Shown here: positions 10,380 through 19,473 of the stretch, piece after piece
Layout of the letters: each line of letters begins with the position of its first letter
Position numbering within the stretch: the first letter of the stretch is position 1
Source: Turneriella sp.
Lineage (GTDB): Bacteria; Spirochaetota; Leptospiria; Turneriellales; Turneriellaceae
Direction of reading: 5' to 3'
NCBI GenBank assembly: GCA_965279515.1
Contig: CBDIID010000003.1
Location: forward strand, 2,592,001-2,656,000
DNA: 64,000 nt
Notes under the pieces: generated by a model
What the model was told of the DNA's origin: nothing
The model's database searches: none
Seen by the model: only the letters and a program-made list of their open reading frames with translations
Position numbers and translations under genes: made by a program

Positions 10380-11039
10380 TTATTCCTCAAAGAGGTAAGC
10401 AAAAAGCAGGTTGCCGGCACCCCAGAAGATCAGGGCCGCCGCTAAAAGCAATGCATCGTAACGCAGGGTTTCAAGACCCTGCAACAGGGCCGTCATTCGA
10501 CCCGTTGCAGCAATGAGTACCGGAAGGCAGACAGGTAAAAACAGCGCGATGGCGAGAAAGTTTTTCTGCGCACTATGCTGGGCGACCGCTGCGACCAACT
10601 GCCCGGCCGGCGCGAGAGCCAGCCCCAAAGGCAGGCAAGTGCCCAGAATTGCAAGCAGGTCTTTGAACGGGGGGACATCCGCCGGAAAAAAAAGAAAATA
10701 GGCGGCAATGCAGAACAGCCAAAGCGGAATCTGAGCCAGGTAGGAAGCCGCTGCCTTCGCGAAAAACAGCGAACTCAAAGAGACGCGGTTCATTGCATAA
10801 TAGCGGTGAGCAAAACCCTCACTCTCCCAATGCGTCGCCATGAGCAGCAGCTGCAGATTCGCAATACAGTACGCGACGATCGGGAAAACTTCGAGGGACT
10901 TTGCCTCGGGGCCGTCGACGGGCATGCCGAAGCGAAAGATGGCCATGAGCGACAGGGCGAGAATAAATGCAAATGCCAGGCCGCGGCCAGCGGCATACAG
11001 ACGCATTTCGTTTTTAAAGAGTGCCCAGGTAATTCTCAT
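10380..11039 (-). CDS. ccmB: Heme exporter membrane protein CcmB
   Basis: Multi-TM protein, LFLPVCLPVLI motif, YLFEE end, coupled to ccmA. Confidence 0.75.
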   Translation of the reverse strand: MRITWALFKNEMRLYAAGRGLAFAFILALSLMAIFRFGMPVDGPEAKSLEVFPIVAYCIANLQLLLMATHWESEGFAHRYYAMNRVSLSSLFFAKAAASYLAQIPLWLFCIAAYFLFFPADVPPFKDLLAILGTCLPLGLALAPAGQLVAAVAQHSAQKNFLAIALFLPVCLPVLIAATGRMTALLQGLETLRYDALLLAAALIFWGAGNLLFAYLFEE

Positions 11040-11638
11040 GGCACACACCCACCCTCTGCCATGCGGATGAACTTATCTGCCACGGACCTGGCACGTTTGG
11101 CGTCATGCTCCGAGAACACAACGGCAGCGCCACGGCGCGCCTCTGCCCTGATAAACTCAACCAGGCGTGCCTCTGCGGCGCTGTCGAGCCCCGTAAAGGG
11201 TTCATCGAGCAGCAGGATTTCCGGAGCGGCAAGCATTGCCCGCGCCAGAAGAAAACGCTGCATCTGACCGCGTGACAACGTGGCGAGCGGCTTCGCCCGC
11301 AGCGGCTCAATATGCCAATAGGAAAGCACCTCACGAATCGCCGGTTCCGCTTTGTCTTCAATCGCTGCAGCGAGCGCCAGGTTGCGGCCGATGCTCAATG
11401 CCGTGTATGCCATGGGTTGGTGCGACACGAGATGCGGCCTTGCCGTTTCTGCAAATTTCACAGTGCCGCGGTGCGGCTTCAGGATACCCGCAAGCGTCAG
11501 AAGCAGCGTGGATTTGCCGGAACCGTTTTCGCCCTGCAGGGCGACAATCTCACCCGCAGCCAGGCTGCCACTCACACCGTTCAGGGCCCAATGCGCACCG
11601 TAACGGCGCGAGAGATCATGGAATTCAAGCAGTTTCAT
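11036..11638 (-). CDS. ccmA: Heme exporter ATP-binding protein CcmA
   Basis: GENGSGKS, LSRGQ, LLDEPFTGLD. Confidence 0.75.
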   Translation of the reverse strand: MKLLEFHDLSRRYGAHWALNGVSGSLAAGEIVALQGENGSGKSTLLLTLAGILKPHRGTVKFAETARPHLVSHQPMAYTALSIGRNLALAAAIEDKAEPAIREVLSYWHIEPLRAKPLATLSRGQMQRFLLARAMLAAPEILLLDEPFTGLDSAAEARLVEFIRAEARRGAAVVFSEHDAKRARSVADKFIRMAEGGCVP

Positions 11639-11639
11639 T

Positions 11640-12587
11640 TCAGGTAGTTATCTGCGCATTGAAACGTATTGCAAGGCGCTCGAGAAGTTCGAGACGCCGA
11701 TGTTCAAAACCCGCAGACTGCACATTTTCGTTTTTCATTGAAATCATCTTCAGGCCATATTCGCCATAATAATAGCGGATTTCTTTCTTAAGAAAATAAT
11801 CCTCACGCTGCAATTCATCCGCACCGGAAAGCGGAGTCGCATCGCCGACGAATTGGGCGAGGCCAGCGAACCCGGATTTTCGCACCGAGCTTGTCTGGAA
11901 TATCGATGGCGGTTTTGTTTTCGCATCGATACGCTGCATGAAATCGAGACTCGACTGCAGCTGGTAGAGACTCTTCTGTGCAAGATCTTCGGCATCACAC
12001 TTGGTGATGACGAAGGCCTGGGGAATCTCCATAATACCCGACTTCATGAACTGGATATGATCGCCGCTGAAGGGCTGCAGGGCCAGCAGCGTCAGATCGG
12101 CGAGGCGGGCGATTTCAATTTCACTCTGCCCGACACCCACCGACTCGACGAGCACCAGATCGAACAGGCGGCGCAGCAGGCGGCAGACGCGGAAGGTATT
12201 GCGCCCAATGCCGCCCAGGTCAAGGTCTGAGGCCTGCGAACGGAAATAGGTGCGCTCATTTTCGCCGAAATTGACGCGCGTACGGTCTCCCAGAAGCGCA
12301 CCGCCTGAAACGGGACTCGAGGGATCGACGGCCACCACTGCGATACGCCATGCAGGTTTTTGTACCAGCAGCTCATCGACGAGGTGCTGAATCAGCGTCG
12401 ACTTGCCTGCGCCCGGTGCACCGGTGAGGCCGACAATCAATCCCTGCGGTGTTGCGCCCGCTGCAATTTTCTGGTCGAGATCGACGCATGTTTCACGATC
12501 GGCTGCCTTTGCAGATTCGAAGTAAGAAACGAGTTTGGCGATGGAGAACTTGTCGCCCATAAGTGCTTTGTCGATGAGCTCAGACAT
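11640..12587 (-). CDS. meaB: MeaB/ArgK family GTPase
   Basis: GLTGAPGAGKST, AVDPSSP.SGGALLGDRTR, GVGQSE, KSGIME. Confidence 0.88.
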   Translation of the reverse strand: MSELIDKALMGDKFSIAKLVSYFESAKAADRETCVDLDQKIAAGATPQGLIVGLTGAPGAGKSTLIQHLVDELLVQKPAWRIAVVAVDPSSPVSGGALLGDRTRVNFGENERTYFRSQASDLDLGGIGRNTFRVCRLLRRLFDLVLVESVGVGQSEIEIARLADLTLLALQPFSGDHIQFMKSGIMEIPQAFVITKCDAEDLAQKSLYQLQSSLDFMQRIDAKTKPPSIFQTSSVRKSGFAGLAQFVGDATPLSGADELQREDYFLKKEIRYYYGEYGLKMISMKNENVQSAGFEHRRLELLERLAIRFNAQITT

Positions 12588-13515
12588 TGACGGCCGCCCT
12601 GCGCGATTTTAAGGTTAACAGCGCGACGCCCGCAATGACACATAAGGTCCCTATCGTCTGCATCGAATTGACAGTTTCGTCGAGCACAAGGTATGCCATA
12701 TAGATGGTCATGACCGGTCCCAGGGTACTCAGAATCGCGGCACGATTAGAACCAATCAGGGCAATACCCTGCGCGACGAACAATGAGGGCAGCACGGTAC
12801 AGAAGAGCGCCATCGCTGCGGTATAATAATATACCGCAGGGGGAAATCCCCACATTTTTTCACCCAGGGCAAAACCATGAACCATGATCGCAAGCGCCGA
12901 GACAATAATAGCAAAACTCGTAAAGACGAGAGGCGAATAACGCTGCGATAACTTTTCCGTGGCAACGAGATACACCGCATAGGTAATCGCCGCCAAAACA
13001 ATGTAGATCGCACCGATATGCGCTTTCGCGCCGGCTACCGCCGCTTCATTGTGGTACGATATGCCGATGCCGATATAAGTCACAAACAAAGCGGCAATTT
13101 CACGGCGGCCCGCTTTGCGCTTCAGCCAGAAGAGCGAAATAATCAGCACAAGTGTGGGATAGATAAACAGCAGCAGCCGTTCGAAACTGGCGGAAATATA
13201 TTCGAGGCCGACAAAATCAAACCAACTCGCGAGGTAATAGCCGAACAGGCCAACGATCGCCACCGAAAACCAGTCTTTGCGAAATTTTTTTTGCGTCTCG
13301 ACGGGCTGCTTACGGTAATAATACGCAAAGATCAGCACATACATCGGCAGCGCAAAAATCATGCGCAGCGTCAGCGTCGCAAAGCCGCTGATGCCGTAAC
13401 GGTAGCAGAGCTTAGCGAGGATCGCCTTGGCGGAAAAACCTGCCGCGCCGAGAACAGTAAAGAGCAGACCCGCTGCGAAATTTTTATCGGAATGGCCGGC
13501 GGAATTACCCGTCAA
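12580..13515 (-). CDS. DMT/EamA family transporter
   Basis: 10-TM pattern, YLAS.FDF.GL.YISA.FERL.LF.YP. Confidence 0.9.
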   Translation of the reverse strand: MTGNSAGHSDKNFAAGLLFTVLGAAGFSAKAILAKLCYRYGISGFATLTLRMIFALPMYVLIFAYYYRKQPVETQKKFRKDWFSVAIVGLFGYYLASWFDFVGLEYISASFERLLLFIYPTLVLIISLFWLKRKAGRREIAALFVTYIGIGISYHNEAAVAGAKAHIGAIYIVLAAITYAVYLVATEKLSQRYSPLVFTSFAIIVSALAIMVHGFALGEKMWGFPPAVYYYTAAMALFCTVLPSLFVAQGIALIGSNRAAILSTLGPVMTIYMAYLVLDETVNSMQTIGTLCVIAGVALLTLKSRRAAVNV

Positions 13516-15226
13516 GACCGAGATCCTTGCGCGTCAGTATATCCCTGAAAAACTTTTTTCCGTCGGGCTCGAGATCCATAATTTTGCGCCGGATCGCAGT
13601 CAGGGAAATGTTATGTTTTTTGATGAGATCGTGGTTGAGGGAAATCTGCCCGACCGTCATGAAACGAACCAAAGACTCATTGGCCGCCACTTCAGCGGGC
13701 AGCAGGGTATCGACGGCGGCAATGACTTCTTCGACCGTGAGCCGCGCACCCCCGGTAATTTCGGACAACGGCGCACAACCGTGATCGGCCGTGAGCACGA
13801 GCGCAAAATTGTCGCCGTATTCTTTGACGAGAAAATCCTGGAGCGCCCCAATTTCCTTATCAATCGCCGCAAGGGTGTCGCGCGCCTCGAGCGAGTGGTA
13901 ACCAAAGTGGTGACCGACCGCATCGGCTGACTTGAAAGAGACGTACACGAGATCGCTAAAACCGTCTTTGTGTTTCTTTTTACCGATAATCTCTTCGCGT
14001 ATCACCGCACGCACAAGTTCACCTTCAAGCTGGGTTTCCGCCGGGGTAGCCATCATGACCCCCCAGTTCTCAAAGGCGCCTTTGGTGTCGCGGATAGCAT
14101 AACCTTCAAAGCCTTTCGGGTAATTTTTCGTATAACCGAGAAGCACGTCGCTGGCCGAGGCAACACGGGGCAAGGCATAATAACGCGTGTCAGTGACCCA
14201 TTTCGATTTAGCCGCATCGAGCCAGTAGATAAAGTTGCTCGCAGTAATCGTATCGGGATTTTCTTTGAGGCCGACCGAGCCATGCCCGCCCATGCCGATC
14301 GCGGCACGCAGGGCATACGATTGCGCGACGATGACACTTTTGCCGCCGTTTACCTGGTTTAAGACATCACCCAAGGTTTCACTTTTGAGTTCCGACGTGG
14401 AGACTTTCGTTTCGTCTTGTACGGCATAAATTTCGTCTTTGCGCAGGCTCTGCTTACCGCCGGCTTTTTCCATGGTAAAAAAGGTGTTGCCGATCACCGA
14501 ACTCTTCACCGGGAAAGCGCCGGTGCCAATCGCCATATGGCCTACGGCGGTATGCGCATCGAGATGCCCGACATGGGCATTCTTAAAGTTGGCGGATTTC
14601 GCCATCAATGCTGTAATGCGTGGCGTAACAGCCTTATGCGCCTCTAAGAGCCCCATGCCCCCCTGGTCGATTACGGCAACCACGATGATTTCGGGTTTAG
14701 TTTTATATTCGTTGTAAGTCTGCAATGCCTCAACTTCAACTCCGGAAGGTTTTTTCACACCAAGAACACCGGCGAGGGTTGGGGCAATGTGTTGCTGGTA
14801 AGCAGCCACGTAGCTGGTCTGTGGAGGAAACCATTTCCCGTAAAAGGAGAGTGGAATTGCAGTATCATATTCATACGCCGTGGAATGGGAGATCCGCCCG
14901 ACTTTGATTTTAACCTCGTTACCGTCTTCTTTATATTCGTAGGCCGGATTTTTTTTGAGATCGTCGAGCGTGCGCTTATAGACAGCCAGAGTTTTGACAA
15001 GTTCAGCCTTGTCGAAGCGAGCGGTCGCCGATTTTTTCAGCCAGCTCGACTCCAGAACCGCATAACGTTCAGGCACGAGGTAGAGATCGATATCGCTGCG
15101 CGCCGAGCGCTGATACCGCTCAAGCCACGCGCGATCGGGCTTTTTACACCCCGGAACGGCCGCTAAAAAGAAAAATGCGGCCGCTAAAATCGCCGCGCAG
15201 GGTGAGCGCATAGCCATCCACCTCAT
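13505..15226 (-). CDS. Alkaline phosphatase family (PafA-like) lipoprotein, apparently circularly permuted
   Basis: VIDQ, TAVGH, DAVGH, LTADHG motifs; lipobox-like VPGC; SHS.YEYD..IPL and IAPTLA motifs placed N-terminally. Confidence 0.8.
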   Translation of the reverse strand: MRWMAMRSPCAAILAAAFFFLAAVPGCKKPDRAWLERYQRSARSDIDLYLVPERYAVLESSWLKKSATARFDKAELVKTLAVYKRTLDDLKKNPAYEYKEDGNEVKIKVGRISHSTAYEYDTAIPLSFYGKWFPPQTSYVAAYQQHIAPTLAGVLGVKKPSGVEVEALQTYNEYKTKPEIIVVAVIDQGGMGLLEAHKAVTPRITALMAKSANFKNAHVGHLDAHTAVGHMAIGTGAFPVKSSVIGNTFFTMEKAGGKQSLRKDEIYAVQDETKVSTSELKSETLGDVLNQVNGGKSVIVAQSYALRAAIGMGGHGSVGLKENPDTITASNFIYWLDAAKSKWVTDTRYYALPRVASASDVLLGYTKNYPKGFEGYAIRDTKGAFENWGVMMATPAETQLEGELVRAVIREEIIGKKKHKDGFSDLVYVSFKSADAVGHHFGYHSLEARDTLAAIDKEIGALQDFLVKEYGDNFALVLTADHGCAPLSEITGGARLTVEEVIAAVDTLLPAEVAANESLVRFMTVGQISLNHDLIKKHNISLTAIRRKIMDLEPDGKKFFRDILTRKDLGLDG

Positions 15227-15228
15227 AT

Positions 15229-16074
15229 TTATGCGCGGTGCCGAAAAGATTTTTCACAAAAGCGTTTGATCAGGCCTGCAACCTCGGCCGCGCCGGAGAT
15301 CTGTACGTTATGCCCGGCCTCGGCCACAACCGAAACACTGCCCGCCGCGAAATGAGGCAAAATCTTTTGCGCCCAGCTCGAAGATGTCAGGCCGTCGCGC
15401 TCGCCATACACCAGCAAAAGCGGCAGGTGGATTTTCTGCTTTGGCCAGGCTACTTTGGCACCCAGAAAAGCTCTCATATACGCGTGCGATGCGCGGATCG
15501 ACAGAGTCTTGTTTTTGATTTTTGCATATGCGAGCCTTCCCGGCGCAGGCACAGCCGTGGTTTTTCCGTAAAGCAGCCTTAGATCACCGTAAGGGAAAAG
15601 ACCAAGCAGGGCCTGCAGTCGGTAATACACACCGATGAGAAACCCTGGTATGCGCAGCACGCTGCGCAGGCGCCGGCTGTACGGCGCATAGTCGTCGATC
15701 GCCGCCATCGCCACGACACCGCTGAGCTCCCCGGCCACAGCGGCGGCGACACCCAGCACGGCAAAAGCACCGTACGAATGGCCCAGCAAAATGATTTTGT
15801 TACAGCGATATGTTTTCTTTACGTGGCGAATGAACCCGATAAGCAGTTTCTCATTTCCTGCTGTCGAAAAATCCGCCGCATTTTCGAGCGCACTCAAACC
15901 GTGGCCAGGTAAGTCAGGAACAAAAATGCGGAATTTATTTTCGAACTCGGGCACGAGCCTGCCCCATGCCTGCGAGCCGCTCTGGTACCAGCCGTGCACA
16001 AAGACGAGCGCCGTGCGGCCTTCACCGTAACTGCGGTAATAGATTTCTTCGCCGGAGCTTTTGAAGTAGGCCAT
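15229..16074 (-). CDS. Alpha/beta hydrolase
   Basis: VHGW, PDLPGHG, GHSYG, GERD, AGH. Confidence 0.9.
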   Translation of the reverse strand: MAYFKSSGEEIYYRSYGEGRTALVFVHGWYQSGSQAWGRLVPEFENKFRIFVPDLPGHGLSALENAADFSTAGNEKLLIGFIRHVKKTYRCNKIILLGHSYGAFAVLGVAAAVAGELSGVVAMAAIDDYAPYSRRLRSVLRIPGFLIGVYYRLQALLGLFPYGDLRLLYGKTTAVPAPGRLAYAKIKNKTLSIRASHAYMRAFLGAKVAWPKQKIHLPLLLVYGERDGLTSSSWAQKILPHFAAGSVSVVAEAGHNVQISGAAEVAGLIKRFCEKSFRHRA

Positions 16075-16095
16075 ATAAGCCGCAGAGAATCGCGG

Positions 16096-16443
16096 TCAGC
16101 CTTGCTTTTTCCGGAACGAAGCCAGCGCGGCTGCGACATTGCCCTGCACATCGAGCTGTGACAGCGTTTCAGTTATTTGCAGCGACTTAAGCACACTCGC
16201 GGACAAATTCGTGAGTTTCAGTTCGCCGCCCTGTTCCGCAAATAACCCTGTCTCCTGAATCAGGAAACCGATGCTGATAGAATCAATGCCGGGAACGCGG
16301 GCCATATTGATGAGCACCTGCCAGGTACCCTCGTCGCGCAATTTTTGCAAAAGCTCCCTGAGTTCGCTGAGGTTGTAGAGCCCCATGTCGCCGACAGGTG
16401 CGAGTACGGTGATAGGTCCTTCTTTATTTCTGTCTATTTGCAT
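16096..16443 (-). CDS. STAS domain anti-sigma factor antagonist
   Basis: 115 aa, INMARV.GIDS.SIG, GGELKL. Confidence 0.8.
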   Translation of the reverse strand: MQIDRNKEGPITVLAPVGDMGLYNLSELRELLQKLRDEGTWQVLINMARVPGIDSISIGFLIQETGLFAEQGGELKLTNLSASVLKSLQITETLSQLDVQGNVAAALASFRKKQG

Positions 16444-16451
16444 ATTCAGTT

Positions 16452-16537
<86 letters not shown>

Positions 16538-16587
16538 CGGGCTTTGAAGGAAACCCCGCAAGATTTTCAGACAAGACGTCGAGCAAG

Positions 16588-17439
16588 TTAAGGTTCGGGT
16601 GCAGTGGAGTATATTTTCTCAACCAGCAGCTTGTCATCATCCCAAAGCCCGAGGCCGATAAACCGCTCACCACACACCACGCGGGTAATGCCCATGCCGG
16701 GGTTCGGTAACCGAAAGGGATTGCCGTGCAGAAACTTGACGGTCTCGCCCTCGCTGATATGCACCACAGGGTAAAAATAGAGTGCATCGAAATCACTCAT
16801 TTCCGCTGTGATGAATCCCAGCTCGTGCTGCCGGGCAACCCCACCTAGCGTGAAGGGCCCGATGTCGGTACGGCGCAACATACTGAGATGGCCATAGGTG
16901 CCTAGTGCAATGGCGAGGTCGCGCGCAAGGGCGCGGATGTAGGTACCCGAAGAGACCTGGCAGCGCATGGTCAGGGTAGCCTCGTCTTTGATAGTTAATA
17001 ACAGCTCATGGACAGTCACCCGCCGGGGCTTCAGCTCGGCCGTTTCGCCGAGGCGGGCAATTTCATGCCCCCGGCGGCCATCGATCTTAAGATTCGAGTA
17101 CAATGGGGGAATTTGCTCCATTTCACCACTAAACTGCGCCTGCAGCTGCGATAAACCCCCTGCATCTAAAGAAGGGATGGCTCGCCGCCGCAGGATATCC
17201 CCCGTGTGGTCCAGGGTATCGGTTTCGGCGCCCAAGCTGATTTCGGCGATATAAGTCTTCGGAAACGGGAGATAATACGATAAAAACCGGGTGGAAGGGC
17301 CCGTGGCGGCAATCAGCAGCCCAGACGCAAAAGGGTCGAGGATGCCCTCGACCCCAAACCCCCTTCCCTTGACTTGAAGGAGTTTTTTGACGGCCAAGCG
17401 CGTTGTGACGCCCGAGGCCTTGTCAATGCAATAGAAAAT
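16588..17439 (-). CDS. truB: tRNA pseudouridine-55 synthase; start uncertain (ATT 17439 or TTG 17397)
   Basis: IDK.SG, G.LDPFASG, TDTLD.TG, QIPP.YS, SSGTYIRALARDL. Confidence 0.9.
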   Translation of the reverse strand: MFYCIDKASGVTTRLAVKKLLQVKGRGFGVEGILDPFASGLLIAATGPSTRFLSYYLPFPKTYIAEISLGAETDTLDHTGDILRRRAIPSLDAGGLSQLQAQFSGEMEQIPPLYSNLKIDGRRGHEIARLGETAELKPRRVTVHELLLTIKDEATLTMRCQVSSGTYIRALARDLAIALGTYGHLSMLRRTDIGPFTLGGVARQHELGFITAEMSDFDALYFYPVVHISEGETVKFLHGNPFRLPNPGMGITRVVCGERFIGLGLWDDDKLLVEKIYSTAPEP

Positions 17440-17457
17440 GGGCTATTAAGCCTGTGG

Positions 17458-17766
17458 CTATTTTTTCTTAGGAGCGCCCGCGATGGCTTCTTTGCAAGCC
17501 TTGCTGAGGGTCATTTTGACCACAGTTTTTGCGGGAATCTGGATCGTTGCGCCCGTTGCTGGGTTACGGCCCTGACGTGCTGCGCGTTGTACGAGCTTCA
17601 GGATGCCAAAGCCGGGAAGCGTGAATTTACCGACAGATTTTGCTTCTTTATAAGCAATCTCTGTGAGCTTGTCGAGGAAAGCTTCGACGTCTTTTTTGCT
17701 GAGGTTGGTTTTTTCCGCCAGTGCTGAGAGCAGTTGGCTTTTGGAAAGGGGTTTTTTATCTGCCAT
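17458..17766 (-). CDS. HU family DNA-binding protein
   Basis: LPGFG, RAARQGRNPATG.TIQIPAK. Confidence 0.95.
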   Translation of the reverse strand: MADKKPLSKSQLLSALAEKTNLSKKDVEAFLDKLTEIAYKEAKSVGKFTLPGFGILKLVQRAARQGRNPATGATIQIPAKTVVKMTLSKACKEAIAGAPKKK

Positions 17767-17923
17767 GATGCGACATAATGGGGTAGGGTAGCGGTGCTGT
17801 AAAGGAAAAACCGCGTATTTATTGAGTTTTTTTGAGGTAGGATGCATAAAAGCGGCTAAAACCGGGCTTTTTAGCGGATTATGTCGCCGAAACATAGGAA
17901 AATCTTGTTTTTTGCCCGCAAAA

Positions 17924-17965
17924 CCCCACTGACCTGGAGAGGGGTGGCCGAAGGCCGGGGTGAGG
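17924..17965. repeat. REP-like repeat, family A (GGAGAGGGG...GGGGTGAGG)
   Basis: CCCCACTGACCTGGAGAGGGGTGGCCGAAGGCCGGGGTGAGG; resembles the reverse complement of 18535-18573 and 34291-34330. Confidence 0.6.
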
Positions 17966-18045
17966 TTACTTTTTGATTTACGCCTTGTTTATCCGGCAAA
18001 AATTGCCGTTCTGAGCGCGGCAAACGCACTCTTTGGAGAACTACT

Positions 18046-18267
18046 ATGGCAAGAACATGTCAACTAACCGGAAAAGGAACTCGCTTCGGCAACAACGTGA
18101 GTCACTCACACCGCAAGACCCGCCGTAAGTTCAAAGCCAATGTTCATAAAAAACGCATCTTCCTCCCTGAAGAAGGCCGTTTCATCACGCTGAGCGTTTC
18201 TACACGTGCCCTGCGCACGCTGCAGAAGAAAGGTCTCGCTTCGATGATGAAAGACGCCGGTCTTTAA
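18046..18267 (+). CDS. rpmB: 50S ribosomal protein L28
   Basis: [25 protein letters not shown]. Confidence 0.97.
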   Translation: MARTCQLTGKGTRFGNNVSHSHRKTRRKFKANVHKKRIFLPEEGRFITLSVSTRALRTLQKKGLASMMKDAGL

Positions 18268-18323
18268 CAAAATCATAAAAAATATTTTTCTTTAAGGGGG
18301 CGTTGCCCCCTAAACAACCCCAC

Positions 18324-19469
18324 ATGGTTCCGCTGCTTGACCTGACCCGAGAGAACAGGCCGCTGCTTGATGAAATCAAAGCCGCGATGGAGCCCCTTCT
18401 TGTCGGCTCACAATTTATCTTAGGCAAAGCCGTCGACGACTTTGAAGCGGCGGCTGCAAAATATTTCGGCGTTAAGCCCGAGCAGGCACTCGCCGTTTCG
18501 AGCGGTACGGATGCACAGCTCTTGGCGTTGATGGCCCTCACCCCCGACCCCTCTCCACAAGTGGAGAGGGGAGCTAAGGCAGAGTGTGTCACCAGTCCGT
18601 TCACCTTCTTCGCAACGGGTGGCGTTATACACCGCGCCGGCATGAAAATCCGTTTTGCAGACATCGATCCCAAGACTTTTAACATCGATCCCGTCAAAGC
18701 CGCTGAGGCTGTGACGGCAAACACAACCGCGCTCATGCCCGTGCATCTCTATGGACAGGCCTGCGACATGGATGCACTCATGGCGCTCGCGAAAGATAAA
18801 AATCTTTTACTCATCGAAGACGCCGCACAGGCAATGGGGGCGAAACACAAAGGCCGCCCTGTCGCGACGATGGGTGACATGGGCGAAGTTTCATTCTTTC
18901 CCACAAAAAATCTCGGCGCATTCGGTGATGCTGGCATGCTGATTGTGAAGAACGAGAAGTATATCGAGAAGGCGCGCCGCATACGCGTGCACGGCATGAA
19001 GAACCGCTATGAGCATCTCGAAGTAGGCGGCAATTTTCGCATCGATGCGCTGCAGGCGGCGATTCTCCATGTCAAACTCAAGCACCTCGACTCATGGCAT
19101 GAAATGCGCCGCAAGAATGCCGCGCATTACCGCAGCTTATTCGCGGGACTCAACCTTGCGGAAAAAATAATTCTGCCTTATGAAGATCCTAACTGTTATC
19201 ATATCTATAACCAGTTTATCATCCGCGTACAAAACGGTAAACGCGACGCGCTGAAAAAACATCTCGACGACAAGCAGATCGGCAACATGGTCTATTACCC
19301 GACGCCACTGCACCTGCAGCCCTGCTTTGATTATTTAGGTTATAAGAAAGGGGATTTCCCCGAGAGCGAAAAAGCCTGCGACGAAGTGCTCGCGCTGCCG
19401 ATCCATTCGCACATCACACACGATGAGATCGCACAAGTAGTTGAGGCGATCGGCGCCTTCTTTAAATAG
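18324..19469 (+). CDS. DegT/DnrJ/EryC1/StrS aminotransferase
   Basis: SSGTDA, PVHLYGQ, IEDAAQA, SFFPTKNLGAFGD. Confidence 0.95.
   Translation: MVPLLDLTRENRPLLDEIKAAMEPLLVGSQFILGKAVDDFEAAAAKYFGVKPEQALAVSSGTDAQLLALMALTPDPSPQVERGAKAECVTSPFTFFATGGVIHRAGMKIRFADIDPKTFNIDPVKAAEAVTANTTALMPVHLYGQACDMDALMALAKDKNLLLIEDAAQAMGAKHKGRPVATMGDMGEVSFFPTKNLGAFGDAGMLIVKNEKYIEKARRIRVHGMKNRYEHLEVGGNFRIDALQAAILHVKLKHLDSWHEMRRKNAAHYRSLFAGLNLAEKIILPYEDPNCYHIYNQFIIRVQNGKRDALKKHLDDKQIGNMVYYPTPLHLQPCFDYLGYKKGDFPESEKACDEVLALPIHSHITHDEIAQVVEAIGAFFK
18535..18573 (+). repeat. REP-like repeat, family A, in frame inside the DegT gene
   Basis: CCCTCACCCCCGACCCCTCTCCACAAGTGGAGAGGGGAG with 11 bp stem. Confidence 0.8.
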
Positions 19470-19473
19470 GCCC

